A stretch of DNA of 32,000 bases from Moraxella nasovis (GCF_022701215.1 NZ_CP089976.1:1860001-1892000), one strand, 5' to 3'; counted from the stretch's first letter, positions 18,335 to 27,528 are shown. The notes: generated by a model from the sequence alone, not told the origin. Translations and numbers: made by a program.

Positions 18335-19498
18335 TTAGTCATTGGCGTTTTGAAGTTTAGGGTCTTCAAAAACCACAACTTCATCTTCAAACTCTGGTTT
18401 TAGTTTCACAACAAAATCTTCACGAGATAGCCCCATCCATAGTGGAATGACGCTGGCAATATAAATAGATGAATAAGTACCTGCAATCAGACCAATGAAT
18501 AAGGCGACTGAGAACCAGTAAAGCCCATCACCACCTAAGAACATCATGGCAATAACCACAACAAATACTGTACCAACAGTCATAACAGTACGGCGTAAGG
18601 TTTCAGTTAGTGATAAGTCTATCACCTGCCTTGGCGATAAGCCACGCACACGACGGAAATTCTCACGAATACGGTCATAGACTACGATGGTGTCGTTAAT
18701 TGAGTAGCCAATAAGTGCCAATACAGCAGCGAGTACAGTTAGGTCAAATGGCCAGCCGAACAGGGCGAATGCACCAACCACAATGAGAGTGTCATGAAAT
18801 AGGGCGAAAATCCCCCCAAGGGCAAGCTTAAACTGAAAGCGTGTCGCCACATATAGTAACATCATGCCCAGTGCCACTGCTAATGCTAACAGCGAGTTAA
18901 GATAGATCTCATTACCCACCTGAGAGCCGATGATGTTAATATTATCTACAGTAGCGATGTTATTTGGCAAGTTTAGCGATTCGGTCAGCATTGTACTTAG
19001 CTGATCAGCGTTCTGAGACTGGGGTGGTAGCCGCACAAGCAATTCTTGGCGTGTACCAAGATACTGAACAACTGCATCATCAAAGCCATCTTCAGCCAGC
19101 GATGCGACCACTTCAGACTGAGTGACAGGCGTCTGGTAGGTCACATCTGCAGAAACACCGCCTGTAAAGTCAAGCCCTAAGTTTAACCCATTTATAATGA
19201 TGGCGATGATTCCAACAAGCATCATGATAATGGATAAAGCCACCATAGGCTTAGCAAGCTTCATAAATGGCAAAATACGCTGATTGGCGATAAGCTTGAC
19301 GCCACCTGCCTTATCAGTCGCTTCATCTGCTTGCTGAGCGACAATATCTTGATCTGATAGGGCGGCTTGGTTGGCTTTAGCATTACTGCTTTTGCCATCA
19401 CGGCGTGGACCCTTACGGCGACGCATCTCTTTGGCTGTGAGTGGCGTGCCATCAGGATGGGTAGGGCGATTTGGATCAATTGGATTAGTATCGTTCAT
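18335..19498 (-). CDS. secF: Protein translocase subunit SecF with a long N-terminal extension
   Basis: 387 aa from ATG 19498, with an AGGAG RBS formed across the secD stop. The GTG at 19507 in the ORF track is less likely. The core from ILPFMKLAK...GLDFTGG onward aligns with E. coli SecF. About 60 extra basic/Pro-rich residues precede it. Confidence 0.9.
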   Translation of the reverse strand: MNDTNPIDPNRPTHPDGTPLTAKEMRRRKGPRRDGKSSNAKANQAALSDQDIVAQQADEATDKAGGVKLIANQRILPFMKLAKPMVALSIIMMLVGIIAIIINGLNLGLDFTGGVSADVTYQTPVTQSEVVASLAEDGFDDAVVQYLGTRQELLVRLPPQSQNADQLSTMLTESLNLPNNIATVDNINIIGSQVGNEIYLNSLLALAVALGMMLLYVATRFQFKLALGGIFALFHDTLIVVGAFALFGWPFDLTVLAAVLALIGYSINDTIVVYDRIRENFRRVRGLSPRQVIDLSLTETLRRTVMTVGTVFVVVIAMMFLGGDGLYWFSVALFIGLIAGTYSSIYIASVIPLWMGLSREDFVVKLKPEFEDEVVVFEDPKLQNAND

Positions 19499-19509
19499 TT
19501 TCCACACTC

Positions 19510-21387
19510 CTATCCGATGCTAAGTTTGGTTAAGTTTTTGCGGTTGCCATACCACAGCTGAATCAAAGCACGCGTTACTGTGATTGCGGTAAATAGTGAC
19601 GTCACAATACCGATGGCAAGTGTGATGGCAAAGCCTTTGATTGGACCTGTGCCGATGGCAAATAAAATAAATGCAACCAGTAGTGTTGTGATGTTAGCAT
19701 CAAAGATTGAGCTAAAGGCACGATCAAATCCAGCTACGATGGCAGATTTGGCTCGCACACCATTGGCAAGCTCTTCACGAATACGCTCAAAAATCAGTAC
19801 ATTCGCATCTACTGCCATACCAATGGTAAGGACAATACCTGCAATACCTGGTAAGGTGAGAGATGACCCGATGATAGACATAATGGCTGTCATGATGATA
19901 ACGTTTAAAGCCAATGCGATGTTTGCGATGACGCCAAAAACACGATAAAAGATGATCATCCATAAAAATACGAGTAGGTAGCCTACTTGCGTGGAGAACA
20001 GACCTTTGTCAATATTATCTTGACCAAGCGAAGGACCGATGGTACGTTCTTCAACAAAATACATCGGAGCTGCCAATGCACCAGAACGGAGTAATAACGC
20101 AAGCTCAGAAGCTTCAGCTTCGTTATCAAGCCCTGTAATTTGGAATCGAGACCCCAGCACAGCTTGGATGGTTGCACGGTTAATGACACGAGTTTCAGCA
20201 TAAGGGGTGCGAACTTCTTTTAGTTCGCCCGTTACAGCATCTTCTTCGTAGGTGACCCGTTGCTTATTTTCAATAAACAGTACTGCCATTTGTTTACCAA
20301 CGGATGTACGAGTGGCGTTTTGCATTAGGCGACCACCTGCCGTATCCAATGTGATAGACACCTGTGGACGACCATTCTCATCTAGGCCTGCTTGAGCACC
20401 TTGGACTTTATCACCTGTAACAATAGCTTGGCGATCAAGCAAGATGGGCGGGCCATCTAATGTGCCAAATGGGAAACTTTCTGTGCCAGCAGGTGCGATA
20501 CCACCAGTTGGACTCATCGCTTCTTCACTCACCATGCGAAACTCTAGGTTGGCAGTTCTGCCAAGTACACGCTTAGCTTCAGCGGTATCTTGGACGCCTG
20601 GAAGTTCGACGACAATACGGTTTGAGCCTTGTGATTGCACGAGTGCTTCAGCGACACCAAGCTCATTGATACGATTACGCAGTGTGGTTAAGTTTTGACT
20701 GACGGCGTATTCATTAATCTCGTTGATTTTTGCTTCGGTATATGTCAGCTCAAGAGCAGCACCATCTGCTGCTGCCAGTGGACGAAAGCTAAAATCCATG
20801 CCAAGTGTATTTTGAAGGATACGCTCGGCTTGATTACGAGTTTCAGGCGTACTAAAGATAAACGTCATGCCTTTATCGGTTGTTTTAAGGCTCTTTACGG
20901 AGATTTTCTCAGCACGCAAGGCTCGTCTGGCATCTTGGCTTGCAGTGGTTAAGCGTTGCTCTAGAGCTTTTGCCATATCAACTTCAAGCACAAATCGTAC
21001 GCCACCACGCAAGTCAAGACCAAGTTTCATCGGATTAGCACCGATGTCTTTTAGCCATTGCGGGGTAGTTTGGGCTAGGTTTAGTGCAACAACATAGTTA
21101 TCGCCAAGCTCACGGCGTAGCACTTCTTGGGCTTTTAGCTGATTTTCGGCATTATCTAGGCGAATTAAAGCACTGTTTTTATCAAAACTGCCACCATGAT
21201 GCTCTAGACCAGCTTTGTCAAGCAAGTCTTGGGTTTGGGTGAGAACGTCGCTTGTCAGTTCTGTGCCAGCTGATGCACCTGTAATCTGTACTGCAGGCTC
21301 GTCTGGATAGAGATTGGGCAGGGCGTACAGACCTGTTATGACAAGCACCACAACGATGAGTATGTATTTCCAAGCAGGGTAATGCAT
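19510..21387 (-). CDS. secD: Protein translocase subunit SecD
   Basis: 625 aa: MHYPAWKYILIVVVL, GLDLRGGV and a large periplasmic domain followed by six C-terminal TM segments. Confidence 0.93.
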   Translation of the reverse strand: MHYPAWKYILIVVVLVITGLYALPNLYPDEPAVQITGASAGTELTSDVLTQTQDLLDKAGLEHHGGSFDKNSALIRLDNAENQLKAQEVLRRELGDNYVVALNLAQTTPQWLKDIGANPMKLGLDLRGGVRFVLEVDMAKALEQRLTTASQDARRALRAEKISVKSLKTTDKGMTFIFSTPETRNQAERILQNTLGMDFSFRPLAAADGAALELTYTEAKINEINEYAVSQNLTTLRNRINELGVAEALVQSQGSNRIVVELPGVQDTAEAKRVLGRTANLEFRMVSEEAMSPTGGIAPAGTESFPFGTLDGPPILLDRQAIVTGDKVQGAQAGLDENGRPQVSITLDTAGGRLMQNATRTSVGKQMAVLFIENKQRVTYEEDAVTGELKEVRTPYAETRVINRATIQAVLGSRFQITGLDNEAEASELALLLRSGALAAPMYFVEERTIGPSLGQDNIDKGLFSTQVGYLLVFLWMIIFYRVFGVIANIALALNVIIMTAIMSIIGSSLTLPGIAGIVLTIGMAVDANVLIFERIREELANGVRAKSAIVAGFDRAFSSIFDANITTLLVAFILFAIGTGPIKGFAITLAIGIVTSLFTAITVTRALIQLWYGNRKNLTKLSIG

Positions 21388-21399
21388 AAAGGTATTCTT

Positions 21400-21431
21400 A
21401 TGATATCTTGCAAGCCAAGCGAAGATATCAT
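21400..21431 (-). other. Intercistronic hairpin between yajC and secD
   Basis: A 10-bp stem: ATGATATCTT (21400-21409) pairs with AAGATATCAT (21422-21431) around a 12-nt loop. It ends 12 nt before the secD ATG and has no U-run. Confidence 0.5.
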
Positions 21432-21515
21432 CTTACGCTTGATGCATTGCATAAACAAATGTTTGCTTTTATAACTTGGGCTAACCAAATGGCCATAAAA
21501 GCGGATATGAACGGC

Positions 21516-21845
21516 TTAGATGTTATTAATCGTGCCAGCAGGCAGTACGCTTAAAACGCTTGCACGTTGAACTTTAACTTCATTGGCTGGGCTAATGGCG
21601 ATTACCGCATAGTCGCCTTCAATTTTTTTGATGACACCCATCAGACCACCAGCAAACACCACTTCATTGCCTACACTTAAGCCATTAATCATAGCTTTAT
21701 GTTGCTTATTACGCTTAGATTGTGGACGGATAATTAAAAAATAAAAAATTGCAAAAAACGCCACAGGAATAAGCAGCTGACCAATCATTGATGGTTGATC
21801 AGCGGCAGGTGCGGCATGAGCGGTATTAATTAGTAGATCTAACAT
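21516..21845 (-). CDS. yajC: Preprotein translocase subunit YajC
   Basis: 109 aa from ATG 21845 (MLDLLINTAHAAPAADQP...LIPVAFFAIFYFLIIRPQSKRNKQHKAM...), with a GGAG RBS 8 nt upstream. The 40 extra N-terminal codons in the ORF track have no support. Confidence 0.85.
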   Translation of the reverse strand: MLDLLINTAHAAPAADQPSMIGQLLIPVAFFAIFYFLIIRPQSKRNKQHKAMINGLSVGNEVVFAGGLMGVIKKIEGDYAVIAISPANEVKVQRASVLSVLPAGTINNI

Positions 21846-21918
21846 AAATAAACTCCATAAGGGGGACGAGATACCGTCCATGATTGGCTTATGCACTAGG
21901 GCAAATAAAATAACGCAT

Positions 21919-21927
21919 ATCATAACA
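21919..21927 (-). promoter_or_regulatory. Candidate extended -10 (TGTTATGAT) for yajC-secDF
   Basis: On the minus strand TG-T-TATGAT lies about 75 nt upstream of the yajC ATG. No good -35 was seen. Confidence 0.3.
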
Positions 21928-21974
21928 CAAATCACAATATTTTGATGATTTTTCATAAATTGCATCTGTACATC

Positions 21975-22003
21975 TTGCAGTTGTGCTTATTTTGGCTTAA
22001 TAT
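21975..22003 (+). promoter_or_regulatory. Candidate sigma70 promoter for the CNNM/CBS gene
   Basis: TTGCAG (21975-21980), a 17-nt spacer, then TAATAT (21998-22003). It is 30 nt upstream of ATG 22033. Confidence 0.45.
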
Positions 22004-22032
22004 GGGAGCTTATTTTTTAATTAACAGTCTAT

Positions 22033-23220
22033 ATGTCCCGACACCGATCACGCTTTTACTCATCTGTTTATTCTAAAACACTTTTAATCGTTAGCATGAT
22101 GGCGGTATTGCTAAGCTTGCCTATGTTTGCTTATGCTGCAAGTGATACTGTGGTTACAAATACACACATTGCTTTACTTGTGTTTTATATCTCACTATCT
22201 CTTATTGCATCGTTTATTTGCTCGGTGTCAGAAGCCACGCTTTTAAGTATGACGCCAAGCTACATTGACACCATCAAAGAAGAAGAGCCTAAAACAGCAA
22301 GCTTGCTTGAAGATGTGAAAGTTCATAACATTGAAAAGTCTATTTCGTCTATTTTGACTTTAAATACCATTGCTCATACATTAGGCTCGCTTGGTGCAGG
22401 TGCTCAAGCTGTCGTTGTGTTTGGTAATGCGTGGTTTGGCGTGTTTAGTGCGGTGATGACGATTGCCATTTTGATTGGTACAGAGATTATCCCAAAGACG
22501 CTTGGTGCAACTTATTGGCGTAAATTTGCATTGCCTGTGGCTTATTATGTAAAAGCAATTAACAGTGCATTATTGCCGATAGTTTGGGTTGCTGAGAAAA
22601 TCTCCCGCCTGCTCACTAAGGGCAATACACAAAGCAGCTTTAACCGCCATGAGTTCATTGCACTTGCCAATGCAGGCGAGGTGTCTGGTCAGATGAGTGA
22701 GCTTGAGACGCGTATTATTAAAAATTCACTAGCACTTAGCATGATTAATGTTGAAGATATTGTTACGCCAAGATCTGTGGTGACATCGTTTGATGAAAAT
22801 ATGACCGTTGGTGAAGTTTTTGCAAATCATCCTAAGCTGTCATTTTCACGTTTTCCTATCTTTAATGAAGACTTAGACGATGCGACAGGTTTTGTGCTAA
22901 AGTCCGACTTGTTGATTGCTAAGGCAAACCAAGAAATTGATGTTCCCATTAAACAGTTTAAGCGTGATATTCAATTTATCTTTGCTAAGATGAAGCTGTT
23001 TGATTTGCTTGATTTAATGCTAAAGCAGCGTTTGCATATTGCACTTGCGGTAGGCGAATTTGGTGAAGTTAAAGGCTTGGTGAGCTTAGAAGACGTGCTA
23101 GAAACCTTGCTTGGACTTGAAATTGTCGATGAATTTGACCGAGTTGACGATATGCAAGCCTTGGCACGTCAGCTGCTTGATCGACGCATGAATCGCCTTG
23201 GTGCGAAAATTGATAGCTGA
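22033..23220 (+). CDS. DUF21/CNNM transmembrane domain plus CBS-pair protein (HlyC/CorC-related, lacks the CorC tail)
   Basis: 395 aa with an N-terminal TM bundle (SEATLLSMTPSYID...GTEIIPKTLG) followed by two CBS-like repeats (VEDIVTPRSVV..., GEVKGLVSLEDVLETLLG). There is no obvious RBS. Confidence 0.85.
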   Translation: MSRHRSRFYSSVYSKTLLIVSMMAVLLSLPMFAYAASDTVVTNTHIALLVFYISLSLIASFICSVSEATLLSMTPSYIDTIKEEEPKTASLLEDVKVHNIEKSISSILTLNTIAHTLGSLGAGAQAVVVFGNAWFGVFSAVMTIAILIGTEIIPKTLGATYWRKFALPVAYYVKAINSALLPIVWVAEKISRLLTKGNTQSSFNRHEFIALANAGEVSGQMSELETRIIKNSLALSMINVEDIVTPRSVVTSFDENMTVGEVFANHPKLSFSRFPIFNEDLDDATGFVLKSDLLIAKANQEIDVPIKQFKRDIQFIFAKMKLFDLLDLMLKQRLHIALAVGEFGEVKGLVSLEDVLETLLGLEIVDEFDRVDDMQALARQLLDRRMNRLGAKIDS

Positions 23221-23226
23221 TTCATT

Positions 23227-23235
23227 TGCTAAAAT
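23227..23235 (+). promoter_or_regulatory. Extended -10 element TGCTAAAAT upstream of the 182-aa ORF
   Basis: The exact 9-mer begins 7 nt after the CNNM gene stop and lies about 94 nt upstream of ATG 23329. Confidence 0.4.
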
Positions 23236-23328
23236 ACCATCAAAAGTAACAAATTATTACAAATAACCATGATAGGTTAGGAATTTTTTGCTATTTTAGA
23301 AAATATCCATTTTTAGTTTGGAAATTTT

Positions 23329-23877
23329 ATGAAAAAGTTAATCAAAAAAGCAGTAAAAATTGGTGCAGCAACTTTTGCAGTTCAGTCAGCATTCAAGAAA
23401 AATGTAGCCCCAAGGGTGCGTTTGATGAGTTTAGCGGTAGCAACTACCATGACAGCAGTAAGTTTGGTGAGTATAGAGGCTTACGCGATGGATGAAAGTG
23501 CTGTGCAAGATTTTGTGGCCAAAATTAGTAAAGCTGCCAATGGTCAAAATAAAGACCAGATTGGTCGATTGATTGACGATGAGGCGATTATTGTTTTATC
23601 TAGAAATGGTGACAGTGCTACATTAACTAAGCAAGAATACCTGGCTCGCCTTCAGAAAAACTGGGCGCAAGCAAGTGACTATCATTACGATATTCAAGTT
23701 GATAATATCGTCGTTTCAAGTGACCAAGCCCGTGCTCAAATTACCACGACAGAATCATGGAAAGATAAAAAAACTGGCAATGCAGTTCGCCATGTCATGT
23801 CATCTCGCTCAACGCTTACAGAAGTGAATGGTAAGACGGTTATGTTACGAGCCGTAGCTCAGGTGACCGTTCAATAA
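23329..23877 (+). CDS. Small exported or membrane-anchored protein, possibly NTF2-like (SnoaL/DUF4440-type) fold
   Basis: 182 aa with a hydrophobic segment ending AYA|MD. The remaining ~125 aa has the alternating pattern I associate with NTF2-like domains. The start is uncertain (23329 or ATG 23425). Confidence 0.55.
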   Translation: MKKLIKKAVKIGAATFAVQSAFKKNVAPRVRLMSLAVATTMTAVSLVSIEAYAMDESAVQDFVAKISKAANGQNKDQIGRLIDDEAIIVLSRNGDSATLTKQEYLARLQKNWAQASDYHYDIQVDNIVVSSDQARAQITTTESWKDKKTGNAVRHVMSSRSTLTEVNGKTVMLRAVAQVTVQ

Positions 23878-23906
23878 CCCTAGCAAATTACCTAACTTAA
23901 ATATTA

Positions 23907-23952
23907 ACGTCCGCTATCTTTTGTTAGGCAAAAGTAAGCGGACGTATTTTTT
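23907..23952 (+). terminator. Strong rho-independent terminator
   Basis: ACGTCCGCT (23907-23915) pairs with AGCGGACGT (23937-23945). An inner CTTTTG/CAAAAG pairing extends the stem, and ATTTTTT follows. Confidence 0.85.
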
Positions 23953-23979
23953 GGGTGAAAATTACATTTTACGGTTGAT

Positions 23980-24048
23980 AATCCTTAAAAAATAAGGCAT
24001 TATTGAAAGCGTTTTGCAGTAGTAATAAAACTATCTATCTTAAGGATT
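23980..24048 (+). promoter_or_regulatory. Alternative hairpins in the mltD leader that can sequester the RBS
   Basis: AATCCTTAA (23980-23988) is a perfect complement of TTAAGGATT (24040-24048), which contains the AAGGA RBS. CCTTA can instead pair locally with TAAGG (23993-23997). Confidence 0.3.
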
Positions 24049-24057
24049 TATCCACCC

Positions 24058-26574
24058 ATGCGTTACTTTTCATCACTCCCACCAAAAGCCCCTAGTCTTA
24101 TTAAACCGCTGGTTATAGCCGTCGGAACCTGTCTGCTTGCTGCGTGTAGTACGACCAATACTCAGCAAACTCATCAAGCACCAGCTTCAATACATAAGCC
24201 TGCCGCTATGCCACCATCGCCCAAACCTGCTGTCATGCCTTCGCAATCAGTGAGTGCTAACACAGATTATCAAGGCGTGATTGATGCTGATACTTTAGAT
24301 GCGATGGAGGATCTGTTATCTGCGACGAATATGGCGATGGTAGAAGGCGATGCTTTAACGGTGCAGCGTTATGGCGATCTGTGGGGTAGGGTGCGTCAGG
24401 GGTTTCGCATTCCTGAAGTTTATAATGCACGCATTGAAGCTCAAAAATCATGGTTTTATACACGCCAAAGCTATATTGATCGCTTAACTGCTCGCTCATC
24501 TCGCTATTTACATCATACGATTACAGAGGCAGAAAGACGTGGCATTCCAACAGAGCTTGCATTACTGCCGATTATTGAAAGCTCTTATGATCCCACTGCC
24601 ACCAGTAATGCATCAGCAGCAGGACTTTGGCAGTTTATCCCAAGCACAGGGCGTATCTATGGCTTAAACCAAAGTGCAAGCTACGATGGTCGCCGTGATG
24701 TTATTGAGTCCACACGAGCAGCTTACGATTTTCTGACAAGCTTATATAACCAATTTGGCAGCTGGGAGCTTGCATTGGCAGCTTATAATGCAGGCCCTGG
24801 CAGAGTATCACGAGCGATTGCTGCAAATGAAGCGGCAGGCTTGCCAACAGATTACTGGTCTTTAAGATTACCAACTGAGACGATGAATTATGTACCACGC
24901 TTTTTAGCAGTGGCTCAGATTGTAAATTCGCCAGCCACATACGGCATTAATTTACCACCGATTGCTAACCACACACACTTTAGAACTGTGCCTGTAAATT
25001 ATGGTGTAAGTTTATACGATGTGGCGGGTGTAACGGGCGTTAGCATTGAAGAATTAAAGCTATTAAACCCTGCTTTGACAAATCTTGTCGTTGATGCGGC
25101 AGGACCAAATCGCATCGTGATTCCTGATAGCGTCTCATCTGCTGTTGACATGAATCTGTCGGCGTTGTCAGGCTATGCTGGCTCTTCTTCGGTGGCGATA
25201 GCCCCTATCCAGACCACTCAATATGTCACTCCAGAGCATGGCGGTCAGGTAAATACTGCATCTGAACAAAAACTCATGCAGTCTAGCACGCTACCTACTA
25301 CGATTGCACAAGTTACTCCAAACAACACGGTCATTCAAGAGCCGCCATTATCTAGCGAAGAACGTGAATTTATCGCAGCTCAGATTCAAGCAAGCACCCC
25401 ACAGAACGTGCAAGCGATTAGTCCTGTTGATGGCAATATCGAATTAGACGCTATTCAGACCAGTCAGTCGGTATTAGATGCCCGTGGTCAGACCAAACAG
25501 CTAAGCTATACAGGTAATACAAACCGCACCCAAGCACAAGCACCGTCTCAGACAAAACCTACACCTATACCAAAGCCAAGTTATACACCGCCTGTGCGTA
25601 CTGTAACACCGCCTAAACCTGCACCAAAACCAGTCGTGCAATCTAAGCCTAAAAAGCCAATTGAACGTTATACGGTAAAATCAGGTGATACATTAACAGG
25701 TATCGCAGATACTCATAATCTAAGCATTAGTCAAATTGCTGAGTACAATAATATCGCAACAGACACCATGGTGCGTCGTGGTCAAAAGTTATGGCTAGTA
25801 CCTGGTAAAGTGAAATCTAAGCCAAAGACTGCCACTACTGATAAACCAAAACAAGACGAGACCTATAAGGTGCAATCAGGCGACAACTTAACTCAAATTG
25901 CTCAAAAGTTCAATTTAAGTTTGTCTAAATTAGCAGCGTTAAATGGGTTATCAACGACAGATGGCGTGCTTATCGGTCAAGTCCTAAAAGTATCAGGCGA
26001 ACCTGTGGAAAGCTCTACCAAATCTACCAAGCCTGCAACTACAAAGAATCATAAAACGATAAAATATACCGTAAAAGCAGGTGATACATTGACAGGTGTG
26101 GCAAATGCATACGGTGTTAGCATTGATGAGCTTGCTGCTGCAAATAATATGCAAAATACCGACCAGCTACTTCGTGGTGCAACCATCACCATCCCAGCAG
26201 ATGGAGAAACTAGCACGCAGTCAGCAAGTAAAGCCAAAGCGGTAGCTCAAAAACCATCTGGCAATGTCATTCAATCAACCGAAAGCTATAAAGTGCAAGC
26301 AGGCGACAGCCTAACAAGCTTAGCAAATAAATATGGCGTGTCTATTGACGATCTAGCGACGACGAATGGGCTGTCAAGTAAGGCAGGATTAAGACGTGGT
26401 CAGACGCTAAAAGTACCAAAACTGACGACGATTTATACTGTTCGCTCAGGAGATAATCTGACAACTTTAGCTCGTAAATACGGCATTGATATCAGCGATT
26501 TGGCAAAAATGAATAATCTAAGCAATACAGATCAGCTGATTATCGGTCAAAAGATCACTGTGCCAAACAAATAA
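24058..26574 (+). CDS. mltD: Membrane-bound lytic murein transglycosylase D-like lipoprotein with five C-terminal LysM domains
   Basis: 838 aa with lipobox LAAC. The SLT catalytic region reads LLPIIESSYDPTATSNASAAGLWQFIPSTG...AAYNAGPGRV. Five clear LysM modules are separated by Lys/Pro/Thr-rich linkers. Confidence 0.88.
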   Translation: MRYFSSLPPKAPSLIKPLVIAVGTCLLAACSTTNTQQTHQAPASIHKPAAMPPSPKPAVMPSQSVSANTDYQGVIDADTLDAMEDLLSATNMAMVEGDALTVQRYGDLWGRVRQGFRIPEVYNARIEAQKSWFYTRQSYIDRLTARSSRYLHHTITEAERRGIPTELALLPIIESSYDPTATSNASAAGLWQFIPSTGRIYGLNQSASYDGRRDVIESTRAAYDFLTSLYNQFGSWELALAAYNAGPGRVSRAIAANEAAGLPTDYWSLRLPTETMNYVPRFLAVAQIVNSPATYGINLPPIANHTHFRTVPVNYGVSLYDVAGVTGVSIEELKLLNPALTNLVVDAAGPNRIVIPDSVSSAVDMNLSALSGYAGSSSVAIAPIQTTQYVTPEHGGQVNTASEQKLMQSSTLPTTIAQVTPNNTVIQEPPLSSEEREFIAAQIQASTPQNVQAISPVDGNIELDAIQTSQSVLDARGQTKQLSYTGNTNRTQAQAPSQTKPTPIPKPSYTPPVRTVTPPKPAPKPVVQSKPKKPIERYTVKSGDTLTGIADTHNLSISQIAEYNNIATDTMVRRGQKLWLVPGKVKSKPKTATTDKPKQDETYKVQSGDNLTQIAQKFNLSLSKLAALNGLSTTDGVLIGQVLKVSGEPVESSTKSTKPATTKNHKTIKYTVKAGDTLTGVANAYGVSIDELAAANNMQNTDQLLRGATITIPADGETSTQSASKAKAVAQKPSGNVIQSTESYKVQAGDSLTSLANKYGVSIDDLATTNGLSSKAGLRRGQTLKVPKLTTIYTVRSGDNLTTLARKYGIDISDLAKMNNLSNTDQLIIGQKITVPNK
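25669..26565 (+). repeat. Array of five LysM-encoding modules within mltD
   Basis: Modules begin at in-frame TAT codons: 25669-25803 (YTVKSGDTLTGIA), 25864-25992 (YKVQSGDNLTQIA), 26065-26196 (YTVKAGDTLTGVA), 26287-26418 (YKVQAGDSLTSLA) and 26434-26565 (YTVRSGDNLTTLA). Confidence 0.85.
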
Positions 26575-26581
26575 GCCAACC

Positions 26582-26617
26582 GTATAAAAGCCCCTAATCA
26601 ATTAGGGGCTTTTATAC
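26582..26617. terminator. Bidirectional terminator between convergent mltD and ybgI
   Basis: A 17-bp perfect inverted repeat: GTATAAAAGCCCCTAAT (26582-26598) and ATTAGGGGCTTTTATAC (26601-26617). The GC core is flanked by A and T runs on both sides. Confidence 0.85.
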
Positions 26618-26625
26618 GACTGTTA

Positions 26626-27390
26626 TTAAGCTGGGTTGTAAATATCCACAAACTGCACTTCAATGCCAAATTTATCAGCTAGTAAATCTCCAAGTGCGTG
26701 AATACCATCACGTTCTGTAGCGTGATGTCCTGCAGCAAAATAATGAATGCCCATTTCTCGTGCAATGTGAGTGGTGCGTTCTGAGATTTCCCCAGAGATA
26801 AAAGCATCGCAGCCCATCAAGGCGGCTTGCTCAATCATATCTTGGGCTGCACCAGTACAAAGACCGATTTTGGTCAGTTTATCGTCATTACCACCGATGT
26901 GTAACGGCTTTCTACCAAGCTCTTTTTCGATTTTAGTGGCTAAATCGTGAGCGGTGATTGGTGTGCAAGTAGCGATATTACCGATAGGGTGTTTTTCGTT
27001 AGGGTGTAATGCACCTGTGATTTTTAGGTCTAAGCGTTCAGCAAGCTTGGCGTTGTTGCCAAGTGTGGGGTGGGCATCTAGCGGTAAGTGGTATGCGATA
27101 AGTGAGATATTATTTTGCAAAAGGGTGCGGATTCGCTTGCCTTTCATATCAACCAAAGGCTGAGATTCTCCTTTCCAAAAGTAACCATGATGCACCAAGA
27201 TACAGTCAGCCCCTACTTTTACGGCATGATCAATTAATGCTTGGCAAGCGGTTACGCCTGTGATAATTTTATGGATGGGTGTGTCTGCATCTACTTGTAA
27301 GCCATTTGGGCAGTAGTCTTTAAATTCGTCAATATCTAAAAGCTCATCACAAAATTGGCTTAGGGCTTTTGGTGTAACAGTGTTTTTCAT
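26626..27390 (-). CDS. ybgI: Nif3-family dinuclear metal centre protein (YbgI)
   Basis: 254 aa, collinear with E. coli YbgI: DYCPNGLQV, ILVHHGYFWKGE, YHLPLDAHPTLGNNA, AAGHHATERDGI and FVDIYNPA. Confidence 0.92.
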   Translation of the reverse strand: MKNTVTPKALSQFCDELLDIDEFKDYCPNGLQVDADTPIHKIITGVTACQALIDHAVKVGADCILVHHGYFWKGESQPLVDMKGKRIRTLLQNNISLIAYHLPLDAHPTLGNNAKLAERLDLKITGALHPNEKHPIGNIATCTPITAHDLATKIEKELGRKPLHIGGNDDKLTKIGLCTGAAQDMIEQAALMGCDAFISGEISERTTHIAREMGIHYFAAGHHATERDGIHALGDLLADKFGIEVQFVDIYNPA

Positions 27391-27489
27391 GTTAATTTCC
27401 TGTGGATAAAGATTAGCAAAGATTGTACTTTTTTATGACAATGATGTAAACATTTAAAACGAAAACCTAACAAAATTCATCTGCCATCA

Positions 27490-27498
27490 TGGTACAAT
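27490..27498 (+). promoter_or_regulatory. Extended -10 element TGGTACAAT upstream of the DegS-like gene
   Basis: TG-G-TACAAT lies 31 nt upstream of ATG 27529. An AAGGAG RBS is at 27516-27521. Confidence 0.45.
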
Positions 27499-27528
27499 TT
27501 TAAAAAACTTCAACAAAGGAGATGAAAC

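Noticed and set aside
21846-21965. N-terminal extensions in the ORF track: yajC to 21965, lysS from TTG 9772, PIN toxin from 9326, antiporter from GTG 11581 and secF from GTG 19507.
   Set aside because: In each case an internal ATG with a better RBS coincides with where homology to known family members begins. The extra codons overlap upstream genes or promoter regions.
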